Source: Camelus dromedarius
Taxonomy: Eukaryota
Direction of reading: 5' to 3'
Assembly (NCBI RefSeq): GCF_036321535.1
Contig: NC_087437.1
Location: 65,784,001 to 65,848,000 of the forward strand
Length of the DNA: 64,000 nucleotides
In this document: positions 15,274 to 28,586 of the stretch, piece after piece
Position numbering within the stretch: the first letter of the stretch is position 1
Layout of the letters: each line of letters begins with the position of its first letter
The notes under the pieces: model-generated
Databases searched by the model: none
Told to the model about the DNA's origin: nothing
The model's input: only the letters and a program-made list of their open reading frames with translations
Made by a program: the position numbers and the translations under genes

Positions 15274-15410
15274 GGGGGAGGGTATAGCTCAGTGGTAGAG
15301 CGCATGCCTAGCATGCATGAGGTCCTGGGTTCAATCCCCAGTACCTCCATCAAAAATAAATATATAAGTAAACCTAATTACCTCCTCCCTCCCAACTAAA
15401 TAAATAAATA
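15274..15410 (+). mobile_element. tRNA-Ala-derived SINE (camelid Vic-1 type)
   Basis: GGGGAGGGTATAGCTCAGTGGTAGAGCGCATGCCTAGCATGCATGAGGTCCTGGGTTCAATCCCCAGTACCTCCA, then AAACCTAATTACC and a (TAAA)n tail. Imperfect TSD aaagggaatatag / aaagagaatgtatag. Confidence 0.9.
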
Positions 15411-17641
15411 AAGAGAATGTATAGAACAAGGGAGGATGTCAAGACATTACTAAACAAAACCAGACTGACAAGCAGATTGGGGTCTAGTATCACCTAATCA
15501 GCGTACTCTCTCTGTAAAGGAAAGTCCAAATGAAAAACCAAATTTAATCAAAAGGCAAGTACAATCTTAGAATGAGGGTCTCCAGTGATTAAGAATTTTC
15601 AATCATGGTATCTCAGGCTTCACTGTAGGGACATAACTGCCAATTAAGTTGGCTATTCGTGTTGGCTGATCAGGGCACCCTCCCTTGACTGATATCAATG
15701 TAAAGTGACTTATTCTTGCTCTCCTGAAGCCCTTCTTTCCACCTTCACATTGACCATAACCCTCATATTAAAAATACAGTCTTTGCTCGGACTGGCCACA
15801 AAACAACTGTTTCAGTTTTAGCTTTCTTTCACAGAATGTTTTCATGCACCCTACCCTATCTCAACTCCCTGACTCAAATAACCTTGACTATATTTGGTGT
15901 TAGACCATCTCTTCCACAAGCAACCTGTTGATTACAACTCGTTTCATTCGGACACAACTCCTAGGTAAACTTCAAAGAGCATCATGGATCAGTCTCCTAA
16001 ATACTGATATATAAGTAGTAGGATAACTTCCTTTTAGAAAGTTCCATAAAATTAAATAAGAATCAAGTGATGAGTAAATGTAGAAGAACATTACTTTAGA
16101 TTACCCTCTCTGAGGGACTGGATAACACCTTCCACTGCAGTCAAGAGTGACGAAGATGACCACTGTAACACCAACATCTGCAGAAAATCACAAAACCAAA
16201 ACCCAGAGCTCCTTTAAGAAATCTGTTAGAGTGAATAGCAAAAATCATGAGGCTTTTCTATTCTATTTTGAAAGCACTCCAGATACATCTATGTTCCTCT
16301 ATAGCACACTCAAGCAATTCTTATACTCACGATGATTAAGATTTTCTTAAAACCAAGATCTCTCCTAGATAAGCCCTTTCAAGGTAAATAGTTAGGTTCA
16401 ATTAAATGTTTAACACAAGTGTGAATTCTTTAGATGACTTTTCATCCAAAATGACTGCTTCATAGTAAATAAAGAAAAAAAAAGTCATAGGCTATCATTG
16501 CTCTTTTTGTTAATAATCTTAATTGATATTGGAATTATTTCCCATTAAATTTTTTAAAAATTCTTTAAAATGTACAATACATAACATATACAAAAGTTAG
16601 AAAATTAAACATGCACACAAATCTGTAATTTTTTTACAATAAAATATTTCTGTAAAAATTTCAATTGTATTTTTCAGATAGTTTTTTAAAAGTCAGATCT
16701 ATTAATTAAAAAGTAACCTATATTTCTGAATTCAGCCATAACAAACAGACAATCTAACTTAACAGCAGTGATTCTTTGCATAGATTTTTTTTTTACAAAT
16801 TTTTAATACAAAATTGATCTACTGAGTAATTAGGAAAACTATAGTCTCTTTTCCAATTTACAAATAATAAAATAACTATACAACTTAGCATTTTAAAGCT
16901 CTTCATGTTAATGTCAGGCACGTTATATTTTTTAAAAATAAATGTTTTGTAAATTCCGTGTTTACAAAATTCTTAAAAATAAAGTATTTAATTAAATGAA
17001 GCAATTTATAACTCTTGTTGACAATTCTCTTCCATTAATGGATGACTAAGAAGCTAAATATCTATTGTTAACTTGGAAAGGGTCCTTCTCTTATTTCTTT
17101 GGCTAACTTGTACTTATCTTTTAGGTCCCTGCTGTTTCTTAATTTCCTTCAGAGGCCAAACCCAGATTATATGCTCTGGTTATGTACTCCTGATAGCACT
17201 TTGCACTTTCACTAACAAAGCATTTAAGTGCTAATAATAAGTATTTATTGTAAGTGTCTGGCAGTGACTGGCACAAGTAAGTGCTCAAATATTTGTTGAA
17301 TGAAGAGGTCAAAAGTAAAGTCAATAAAGTCAGAATAGCCTCAAAGTGGTAGAGAAAGTCAACCCTCTAGATTACCTATAAATAAGGGATGGGGGTGGAA
17401 GCAGAGGTAGGAGGGCCATGGGTGAAAGGACAGTCCATGGATGAGTACACCGCCTTGTGAAAGAGAAAGGCTTTGCAAAAGCTTCTAAAAGTAGTATGAC
17501 AGTCAAACAGGACATTAAGACTGACTATATGCTGACTTATACCAATAAATTCACTTTTACAATGAAATACATGATTAGTTTAAAAATTAGATGAATCAAT
17601 TTAAGAAAAAGGATACACACTTTATTTTAAAAAGTTACTTA

Positions 17642-18136
<495 letters not shown>

Positions 18137-19694
18137 TCAATTTTAAATGTACTGAATTCAGAAAAAAAGAGAAAATTAGCTAGGCATAAGGACAAAGTAA
18201 TTATTTTAAATCTAGAATAATCAACCCATTATTGGTTGCTGGTAACCACTATTCTTGAAGTGCCACAAAGGTACTCAAGGCTAGTAATGCCTAAGCATGT
18301 AACAGAGAACAAGATTTTCCTCTAGAGTACACAAAAGATTACACCTGAAAAGCTTGACATATTTCTTAAATGGTTACTTTCAAGACTGAGTGTGCTTAGT
18401 TCCAAAAAGTAACTTATTACTTTATAGCAGTGATGTATTATATCAAGTCCACTTTATTTAATAAAGAGAAACACAAAAAAAGCTAAATGAAGTCTCATTA
18501 TTCTCAATGCTACAGATCTTTGGGAACGCTGAAAACCCCCTGAGAAACTCAGCAGTTAGCATATTCTTTTAAGTGTCTTCCTTGAGTAAAATTTTTCCAC
18601 CAAGATAGATTCTAGGATGTTGTATATAGTCATGTTCTCACAATAAAATCACAACAAACCAATGAACACATAAGTAATCACTAGCTGGGATGCTTGGCAA
18701 AATTACTGTTATAAATCTGGAAGAAATTAACAAATAGTTCCAGACAGTTTTACCAACCTTGAAAAATTAAATGACCAATTAAGTAAATGCAATACAGTTC
18801 TTAAAAACAGTTAACAACAACAAACGCCAAGATACCCTTAAATACGGGATCCCTTGTAAGACAAAGCAGAAGTTAATTATACCCAGAAAGCTATCTTCTA
18901 GAAGCCCAAACTGACATGGGCTAGAGTTTCATATGTTAAAAAGCCTGGGCTTTGGAATTAGCCAGACAGCTTTGTTTTAGTAGCTGTGTGATCCTAAGCA
19001 ATCCCTTAAGCAACCTCAAGCCACACTTTATTCTCTGAGAAATAAGGATATCAACTACCACAGTGAGGTTGCTGTGACAAATAAATGAGAATGTAACATG
19101 CTTAGGAAGCACTTATTAATAAAGATAGCATCCATATCAATTTAATACATCCTAAACTAAAAACAGCCAGGCTACCCACACAGATTATATAAAATGAAAT
19201 TTACCTAAACCCTAAGGATATTTTTAATAGACATCCCATTGAACTATTTCAATAAGGAATCATATTCTGTTAATACTAGCTTCTACTGAACTTTTTATTT
19301 AAAATCAGTGGTTTTCAACCTTATCAGGTTTAATACTTCTTTCATAAGAAATATTTTTATATCCACAGTACTATATTAAAAAGATATTCCTAAATAACCA
19401 ATATATACATATACTTGGGGGGTAGAATATAATGCCCTACCTGTAATAAAGGAAAAATAAAAGCAAAGTCAGTTATAATAAAGTATATATACTGAGGCAT
19501 GACTGTACATAAGAGATAACAAAGTAGCACCTAGATCCAAACCTGTGGGCCTAGAGTCCTCCTGTTATCCCAAGGCTTAGGGATGCCAAGCAAGTGCCTG
19601 GGTAAAACACTGAAGTAATATCCTAACGTATCATTAGAAACATTTTGTTCTTTCCAATTTGGTCAACACATTGTACTTGAACCCGGTTTTGGGT

Positions 19695-19735
19695 TTTTTT
19701 GTTTTGTTTTGTTTTGTTTTGTTTTGTTTTGTTTT
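19695..19735. repeat. (GTTTT)n microsatellite
   Basis: About 7 units visible directly. Confidence 0.9.
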
Positions 19736-20649
19736 ACATGCTTAACAGTTGGCAGAATATACCAATATGTGGCTTCAGAAACAGTCCAAAGGATGGCAAA
19801 TGTCAAAATAACCTACTTTTTCCAGTATTTCCTACTATTGTATTCCCCTACCTGACCTTCCACCCCGTATACTCCATTTTCCAGACCAATGGTTCCCAAC
19901 CATGGCTATAAAGTAGAATAATCTGGGGTGCATTTAACAATACCCACCCTGGGCCCCATCCCAGAGATTCTGTTTCAGCTAGTCTGAGAGGGCCAGATTA
20001 GGCATCACACTAATTTTAAAGCTTCTTAGGTGACTCTAATATACAGAATAAGTCCCTGACCACTGCTACCAACAAACTGGGTGCCTGGCTACTACAGACC
20101 CCGCCAAAGCACATCCTGCATGGGAAGGGCGTTGTGCCACCTAGCATTAAGCCTGTTTCCTTTGCCTCAGACACCATAGGGGGCCCTAAAGATTTGAGTA
20201 AGGGAGTGACATAACTTTTCAGTACAATAGTTTTGGGTTTTGAATCCCAGTTGGATATTCTCAGCCTCAGTTTCCTCATATATAAAAAGTGACTAACAGA
20301 ACCTTTCTCATAGAGTTGATGTATGGATTAAATGAAGTAATTCATGTAAAGTGTTCTGCCTTCAAAGCTGGTATCATTAGAATTTCATTAAATATTGGCA
20401 TTCATAATGACTTCCTACTTAGAAAAGTGATTCTTAACAACAATTTGAGAAATGGGTGAAGTAAGTGAAGATGGAAGCACTGTGGAAGTACTGAGAGCCA
20501 TAATAATCAAACCTAAACCACGAAAGAGAAGAAAAAATTAGAAGAGGACAGGGTGAATGAAACTTACTAGAGAAACAAAATCAAAAGGATCCAACAATTA
20601 TTGGAAATGGAGTTACAAAGTAGGAAATTTTTAAATAGTTATTTGGTTT

Positions 20650-20836
20650 TTTCCCAATTTTTTTTATTGTGATAAAATACACATAACAAAAAATTTACCA
20701 ATATTTTTAAGTATACAATTTAGTGATAGGTATAATAATAACACATTTATAATGTTATCCAATAATCACTGCCATCCACTTCCATGATTCTTCTCACCTT
20801 GTAAACTGAAACATTATATCCATTAAATAATAACAT
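20650..20836 (-). mobile_element. Short truncated LINE-1 3' end
   Basis: Poly-T followed by an antisense L1 3' end. Diverged TSD atagttatttggttt (20635-20649) / atagctatttgcttt (20837-20851). Confidence 0.75.
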
Positions 20837-22707
20837 ATAGCTATTTGCTTTGAGCTAGTGTAACTGGAAAGAGAAAAGTACTACTATGAGAAATAGGTTA
20901 ACACCTGAAGAGGAACTTGGCATTCACTTCTAGTTGCTTGCCTTTGAGGAAATACTAGAGTATTACTGTGAAGATGTCCAGCAGGTAGCTGAACAAATGG
21001 AGAGCTCAGCAAAGAAGTCATGCTGTGACACCTTGCTCAAAATCTCTACATTCTAAAATCCTCCTTCCTGACCACTATGTTCTCTCTTTCACCACTTCTA
21101 CTTCCTCACTTAACACTAAACCTCCTCAATCTCAAGATTTCATAATACTTAGGTCTGAGTTCTCAAACTAGCAGCCTATGCCACACCGTTTGACTCAAAG
21201 AATGAATGTTTTGTAATTTTTCTGATTAGTGGTTGACATTTTAAAATCATGAGATTTCACATAAATTTCCATTTTCAGCTCCTCATGAAAGTCAGAACTA
21301 TATGAAGAAACAAGTGAGGCCATGTTCCCACGTGGAAACAATAAGCTAAAGAGTAGATTAGAAGAGCAGAGTAGAATCCTTTTAAACAGAAAAGAAGCTT
21401 GGCTGGCCTCTGGAGACTTTTGAGTATGTGACCTCTGAGAGCCAGGCCTTGTTTCTTCTTTTTAGCCTCAGAGTCCATCAGTCACCTCCCAACCTCACCT
21501 ACCACCCTACCTAGCCCAGACCCCCAAAGGCAAGCTGTTTTGTTTTGTTTTGTTTTTGAACCATATATATTCTAATCATATAAACATTTAAGGACTACTG
21601 TGCATCAGGCACAGAGTTGGAGAAACAAAGTTGAAATGAATGCACTCTACATTCCATCTACCCTATCAGCCTCATCTCCAGCCACACTGGCATTCTCTCA
21701 GTTTCATGAGCCACATAAGCATTCCCTGCTCCCAGACTTTTGCACATGTTGTTCTGTCTGTCCCCTCAGCTAAGCCCAAAGTCCCTTCTAATCATCCTTC
21801 ACTCAAATGACATTTCCTCAAAGAGATCTTTCCAGGTTTCCCTTAGGGGCTTAGAATGATTCCCCTTTCACATGTTCCCATAGCTCTTTCCCCTTCTTCC
21901 TTGCACTGAATAGACATACTTTCTCCATGTCTATGTCGGAGACCAGAGGCTTAACCTTGTTCACTACTGAGTTTGCAGTATGGAGCACAGCTGGTCAAGT
22001 ACTTCCTTTCAGTAGGTCTCCCAAGCACGTGTTCTTCAAACATGCCCACCCTGCCAGCCTTCCCCCAATTCACTTCCTCCACTGCAGTTTCCAGCGTAGA
22101 AAATGATAGGGTATTGGAAACCCTCTTCTTAAACTTCTAATAGTTTTAAGCAGAAGATGACAGCATCAAATTCGCGATTTTAAAGGATTGTGTTGACTGC
22201 AGGGTGTAAAATAAAAGGAGCGGATGTAGGGAGTCCTGTCATCCTGTACAGATTATTTCAGTACACTACTACTATTCCAGCTCTAAAAAGAACTTGAATT
22301 CTACACATCCAACTGGTTTTCTCAGTTACCATATTTCACGGCACTCTGCAGGCCCTCGTACATAAAGAGGCATATCACCGCGAAACCTCCGAAGCAGCTG
22401 GCCTCCACCAGCCCGGTTCAGTAATGTTCACCTCCTCCCCACTGTGAGACCCCCGAGACCCTAAATTCCCTCGGACTCTGCCAGGTGAGTCCAGGGGCCA
22501 CACTCAGCGCAGCCAAGCCCGTCCTACCCGAGGTCGCACATGGGCCGCTCCGGGGTCAATGGTTCTTTGGAGGACCAAGAAGAGAACAAGTCAAGAGAGT
22601 AAGGGGGTGGAGGATAGCTAAGGAGAACGGAGCAATGAGGAGAGGACACCTTGAAATGCCACGCCTGGCCAGGGAGCCGAGAACAAGGAACAGGGAACAA
22701 GGTTTAC

Positions 22708-22790
22708 CAAAGCGAATCCTCGAACACTCCCACTACAGCTTCCCTCAGCGCCTGAACTACCGGCTTAAACGAGCCACGCCACTCGTGCGA
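22708..22790 (-). other. GTF2E1: Probable non-coding exon 1 of GTF2E1 (5' boundary approximate)
   Basis: Exon 2 has an acceptor upstream of its ATG, so an upstream exon is required. A minus-strand donor TTG|GTAAAC (GT at 22707-22706) sits in the CpG island, next to the CCAAT cluster. Confidence 0.65.
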
Positions 22791-22994
22791 CAAAGAAAAC
22801 GCCCTAATCCTGCGACCAGCTTCGGAAACCACCCGCTACTTTTAGCCAGGCGGGCCAATCAGCACAGTGACGCCTTCAATCAAGACAGTCACGCTCCGAT
22901 TAGCCAATGACGTTGAAGGCTCCGCCCTCCATACCCAGCTCTGATTGGTCTACAATCCCGGAATAGGCGTTAACCCCAGCAAGGCAGTGGCAAG

Positions 22995-23040
22995 ATGGCG
23001 TCTCTGGATCGGGTGAAGGTACTGGTGTTGGGAGACTCAG
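22995..23040 (+). CDS. RABL3: Rab-like protein 3, coding exon 1
   Basis: MASLDRVKVLVLGDS(G), good Kozak context (aagATGG), donor CAG|GTGAGC. Confidence 0.97.
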
Positions 23041-25429
23041 GTGAGCCGCTTAACCCAACCTTGGGGCTCCCGACACTTTTGAGTTATCCGAGAATCCTCC
23101 CCTTTCGCTCTCCCCCATCTCCCCACCGCAGCCAACTGACTCTGACCTGTGGCTGAAATCCCTCTCAAGACCCAAAGACTACGTTTCCCAGAGGACTTTG
23201 CTCTATTTGACGAAGCAGCGGCGTATCACGGGTGGGGGGCGCAGCGCCCAGGCCTTTTCGCGGCTTTCGCAGGTTTCTCGTCGGTCTCGGGCGACCGCAG
23301 CCAAGTGATCCTTTGTTTTAAAAGATATGGAGATACTGAGTATTGGGCGCTGGGCTGAGACGGAAGTTAGGACCGTCTCAAACAGATTTTGTTAATTAAG
23401 GAAATCAGAGTACACTAAGAAGAATGACATTGTTACAAGTGTTTTGCATATTTTAACTCCTTTAATCCTGAGATCAGCCCTCCTACCCCATTTTACGGAT
23501 GAGAAAAGTGAGGCGGAGAGATGTAAAGGACAACTGGTTTGAACCCAGAGTTCACGTACTTCAGACAGTAACCTATATTATTTAATGAAATATTAAATTT
23601 CAAAGTCCTGTTTTGCTCTCAGCTGGGCTTCTTGATTTTTATGTTCTCTTTAATCTTATTGCAAACCGATTATATGCTAGGTTGTAAGAAATAGAGAAAT
23701 TAAAAGGGCCATATTATGAAGCAGCTGGGACTTAATGCTGAGCCCTGTTTAATCCTAGTGTTAAAATTCTTTTGATACCTTGGACGTTTGAGAACTGAAA
23801 TTGAAGTCTGCGTTTCCCCCTCCTTCACTTCACTATCCTGTTATTCATAACTTCCACTCTTAAGCGCCTTTAGAACTTGAAATAAATGGTAACCTTGCAT
23901 TTCATAGATGCACTTTTGTGGGGTTGACCTTTGGATGCTGCTGTGAGCGAAGACATTTTGTCAGTTGCTTGGAGGTGGAAAGAACATACTCCGGAGAGCT
24001 TGAAAACTAACCTTCCCAAACTGAATAAAATTGTTGAGGGGAGGAGGTTAAGAACCTTTCACATTGCCTGAAGATCATTTGCCTTACAAAGAGCATCATT
24101 TAATATTCCATTCAGAAAGTTGCATTATGAAGTTCTATGAAGATAATCCAATTTATGTCAACTTTAGTTCTTTGACTTGAAATAGTGAAGTTAATTTAAT
24201 AAAAACACTCAGTTTTACAGATAAAGAAGGCAATGGTGATCTAAATGGACTTCACAAAAGTATCACCAAGTAGAATTTAGAACTGGAATCCAGAGCTAAC
24301 AGAGAGTTCTTCATGTTATGTGAAGTAGATGTTCTCTGTCATTTATAATTCCCTTTCTGTTGCATCTAACAATCCCTTCATGTTACATATTGTTCGAACT
24401 AGTCATTTTATTCTCTCCCCTCCCCCTACAAAAAAACTGAAATACTTACTACATAGCAGGCACTGAGTTAGGTACTAGAGTTATAACTGTGGCATCAATG
24501 CATTACATAACAGGGTTGAATTATCTGCTGCATTGAATTTGGAAAAGTGATCAGGCAATTAGTAAGCTTTTTGACATTATTATTATAGTTCAGTTGTAAA
24601 ACAGAAGACAACCATGCCCACTAGGAAAGTGATTGATCTTGTTACTCATTCACTGATGTTAGGCTGTATGTGCAAAGTCAGTTATTGCTTTTTTATCAGT
24701 TCTCTTTTAACAGTGATTTGCTATCTGACAGATTAGAATATACTTTTTACACTTCATTTGTCTTTGTACTCAAACTTCAAAGTTTACTTTTGAATAAAGG
24801 CTTATTGCCTCTGTGAAATTTTAAGGATTTCACAAATATATAAAGGAATGACTTGGGTTTAGAAATTTGTTTGTGTCACCTAGAGATATTTGATAATTTA
24901 GTAAGAAATCCTGAAAGTCTCACCAACATACATATACTCTTTTCTCTTCTTTCCGAGATGAGGGATGAGCTTAACACATTACCAGCTCTATTTGGAGCTG
25001 GCATTTATTTGATTATATTGAACTTTTTTTTCCCCAGCAAATCAAGTGCATTCTTCTGATCTAATTTAGTTCTAATGATAAAAACAGAATCAGACCCTCC
25101 CAAAATTCTTAAAGAAGTCAAATAGCCACTATTCATGGTACTTCAGTTGTTCTTACTTTAGAGTCCATCCACTGTTAGCGCTTGTCACCCAATGCAGTTA
25201 ATTCTTGGAGAGCTATATAGTATTACTGCGTAGAGATGTTTACCCTACACAGTGAAGCTTAACTGGAAGCTCAAGCCTTCTATCAAGCTGATGACTACAT
25301 GCCTAGCTATAAGCCTCCAACATAGATGAACCTACATGCAAACACAAAAATCAGCAATATGCCCTGAGGCCATAGATATCAGATGCAATGCAGTAAATAC
25401 AAAGCTGTTTGATTACTCAAAAATCTTAC

Positions 25430-26050
25430 ATGCCTGTATGTAAAAAAAAAAATTAATGAAAGGGAAATCTGGGAAAATGTTTGACTCAATTACGTGAGCA
25501 GCTAATATATAAAGAGGTCATGTAAATTGATAACACTAAAACCTAATAGATAAATGGGTAGAGCAATGAATAGATAATTCATAGAGAAGAGACACAACTG
25601 ATTAGCAAAGATGATCATTATGTGTATCTTTACCAGAAAGTAAAGAAATGCAGACTAAAGTACAATGTCACTTTTTTGTGTCTTATAAACTAACAAAAAA
25701 AGTAACTACATGCTATTGAGGTACAACAAGCAAGACCTGCAGGCTTATGTATATAGCTGGTGGCAGAGTAACAAGATAAAAGTTGACAATAGATATCAAG
25801 AACTTTAAATATTGATCTCCTTTTACACATTAATTTCACTTCTGGGAAGGTATACTAAGAAAATACTTTAAATTTTAATCAAAAGTTTAAACAGATCTTT
25901 TCTTAGCATCATGTTTGAAACACCCTAATATCTAATAATGAGAAAATGGTTAAATAAATCATTGTGCCTACTCTTTGAACTACTATGGAGACATTAAAAA
26001 TGTTTATGAAGATTCTGTAATAACATGGAAAATTTTTGCCATTAAATAAA
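25430..26050 (+). mobile_element. Degraded ancient LINE-1 3' fragment
   Basis: Decayed motifs such as aaagaaatgcagactaaa and aatttcacttctgggaa. Confidence 0.6.
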
Positions 26051-26407
26051 TACTAAGGCCCTGTTCTGAGTACTGGGAATAAAAACTATGAGTAAAACCC
26101 AGTCCCAGCCCTCAAAGAACTTAAAATTTAGCAGATGGAATAAAATCTATAAACAAGCAAGCGTGATAGTGTATTTTAAGTACTTTCTAGGAAAATATAC
26201 AGTGTGCAGTGGAGATGCAAAGAATGGTGAATGATGTGCTTAATTCTACCTGCATGGAGTCAGAAAAGTCTTTATAACTAGAATGATGCTATGTCTTGAA
26301 AGATTAATTCACCAGGCCAGTGGGAGAGAGGAAATGGAAGGGGAGAATGGGTAGGATATTTCAGACAAAACCAGCTGTGTAAGTAAAGGCTTATGTTTCA
26401 TTGTTTT

Positions 26408-26991
26408 CTTTTTTTAATATATTTTTATTGAAGTATAGTCAGTTTACAGTGTTGTGCCAGTTCTGGTGTACAGCACAATACTTGAGTCACACTGGTCAGA
26501 ATAGCCATCATTCAAAAGTCCACAAACAATAAATGCTGGAGAGGGTGTAGAGAAAAGGGAACCCCTATTATACTGTTGGTGGGAATGCAGTTCGGTGCAG
26601 CCACTGTGGAAAACAGTATGGAGATTCCTCAAAAGACTAAAAGTAGACTTACCATATGATCCAGCAATCCCACTCCTGGACATATATCCAGAGGGAAACT
26701 TAATTCAGAAAGCTACATGCACCCCAGTGTTCATAGCAGTACTATTTACCATAACCAAGACATAAAAACAACCTAAATATCCATCAACAGATGACTGGAT
26801 AAAGAAGCTGTGGTATATTTATACAATGGAATACTACTCAGCCTTAGAAAATAATAATAAAAATGTCATTTGCAGCAACATGGATGGACCTAGAGAATGT
26901 CATTCTAAGTGAAGTAAGCCAGAAAGAGAAAGAAAAATACCACATGATATCACTTATATGTTGAATCTAAAAAAAGACAAATGAACTTTTA
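26408..26991 (-). mobile_element. 5'-inverted (twin-primed) truncated LINE-1
   Basis: Poly-T plus antisense L1 3' terminus (26408 to about 26489) fused to a sense ORF2-end/3'UTR segment (about 26487-26991). 12-bp TSD tttcattgtttt. Confidence 0.85.
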
Positions 26992-27424
26992 TTTCATTGT
27001 TTTAAGTATACTGTGTACATTTTGTATATATTCACAATAACAACCTGCTTATAGAAAAACCCTGCTTATGAAATGAAATCTACATGTTGACAATACTGCT
27101 CTTCAGGTGATTTTTTTCTTCTTTTTTCTATACTTTCTAGATTGTATGTAAATATAACTTTATAGTAGTGTTAGGTCCATACTCAATAATTCACACAAAA
27201 AGGTGGTCTAAATTTATGGTACAACTAGTGATGCATAAAGATTCACGAACTATGCTTGTCATAATGGAATCCCAAAATGTGTTAACTGAAAGAGTAACTC
27301 TACACACAAATATGCAGGGATAGCTCATTCCTTTTCCTCTTCATACAGATCTCCAAATACTAGCCCCAGCATTAGTAACTTGAGTATCCTGAACCCAGGA
27401 AATCTATAAGAAAAGAAAGTCTGC

Positions 27425-28248
27425 CCTACTGAATGGAGAGGATATTTGCAAATGACATACATGATAAGGGGATATCCAAAATATGTAAAGAACTCATACA
27501 ACTCAATATCAAAAACAATCTAGTTTAAAAATGGGCAGAAGACCTGATAGACCATTTTCCAAAGAATACATACACATGAAAAGATGCTCAATATCTCTAT
27601 CAGAGAAATGCAAAGCAAAACCACAATGAGATATCACCTCACATCTTTGAAATGGCTATCATCAAAAAGACAACAAGTGTTGTTGAGGATGTGGAGAAAA
27701 GGGAATACTTACATGCTGTTAGTGGGATTGTAAATTAATGCAGCCACTATGGAAAGCAGTATGGAGGCTCCTCAAAAAATTAAAAATAGAACTACTGAAT
27801 GTATGATCCAGCAATTCCACTTCTGGGTATTTACCTGAAGAAAACAAAAACACTAATTGGAAAAAATGTATGCACCCCTGTGTTCATTGCCACATTATTT
27901 ACAATAGTCAAGATGTGGAAGCAACCTGTGTCCATAGATAGATGAATGGATAAAGAAAATGTATGTGTGTGCGTGGAATATTACTCAGCCATAAAAAGAA
28001 TGAAATCTTGCCATTTTCAACAACATGGATGGATTTAGAAGGTATTATGCCAAGGGAAATAAATCAGACAGAGAAAGACAAATATTATATATCACTTACA
28101 TTTGGAATCTAAAGAAATAAAGCAAATAAATGAACAAAACAAAATGAAAACAGACTCAGATGCAGAGGACTAATTGGTAGTTGCTAGGAAGAGTAAGAGA
28201 GGGGTGAAATAGGTACAGGGAATTAAGAGGTACAGACTTTCAGTTATG
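27425..28248 (+). mobile_element. LINE-1 fragment (ORF2 3' end and 3' UTR)
   Basis: Typical L1 motifs: aaaccacaatgagatatcacctcaca, gatccagcaattccacttctgggtattta, caacatggatggat. Confidence 0.88.
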
Positions 28249-28494
28249 ACTGGGGAGCAAGACCCCACATTCTGTGTTTCCACAAGCCCTCCAGGGGATT
28301 TTGGTGCTAAAGTTGAGAGAACCAGTATTCTTAACCATCTTTATTAATAAAGCTTATTAAATGGTTGTGGCATGAACACCCTTTAAATTACCATGCTTTT
28401 CATATCATTATTACTGCATATACTCAGTCTCCCTTTTGCCATAATAGATTTCAGCATGACTTTTATATGACTGTAGTTCTTGTGTCTTTTACAG

Positions 28495-28586
28495 GTGTTG
28501 GGAAATCTTCACTAGTTCATCTTCTGTGCCAAAATCAAGTTCTGGGAAATCCATCATGGACTGTGGGCTGCTCAGTAGATGTCAGA
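28495..28586 (+). CDS. RABL3: RABL3 exon 2 (92 nt)
   Basis: (G)[30 protein letters not shown] completes the P-loop GDSGVGKS. Acceptor tgtcttttacAG, donor GTATGT. Confidence 0.97.

Larger units (their letters stand above)
22340..23380. promoter_or_regulatory. CpG island and bidirectional GTF2E1/RABL3 promoter
   Basis: The only CpG-dense stretch in the window. It contains CCAAT at 22855 and 22904, ATTGG at 22944, GC boxes at 22849 and 22922, TGACG at 22868 and 22908, a YY1-type AAGATGGCG over the RABL3 ATG, and a ZNF143-type ACTACGTTTCCCA at 23178-23190. Confidence 0.9.

Noticed and set aside
15274..15349. tRNA-Ala gene
   Set aside because: It carries the SINE-specific tail, A-rich end and TSD, and has four decayed siblings in the window, so it is a SINE.
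22485..22910. 141-aa ORF across the promoter
   Set aside because: It begins at the GTG of a splice-donor motif, lies in GC-rich stop-poor sequence and has no recognisable homology.
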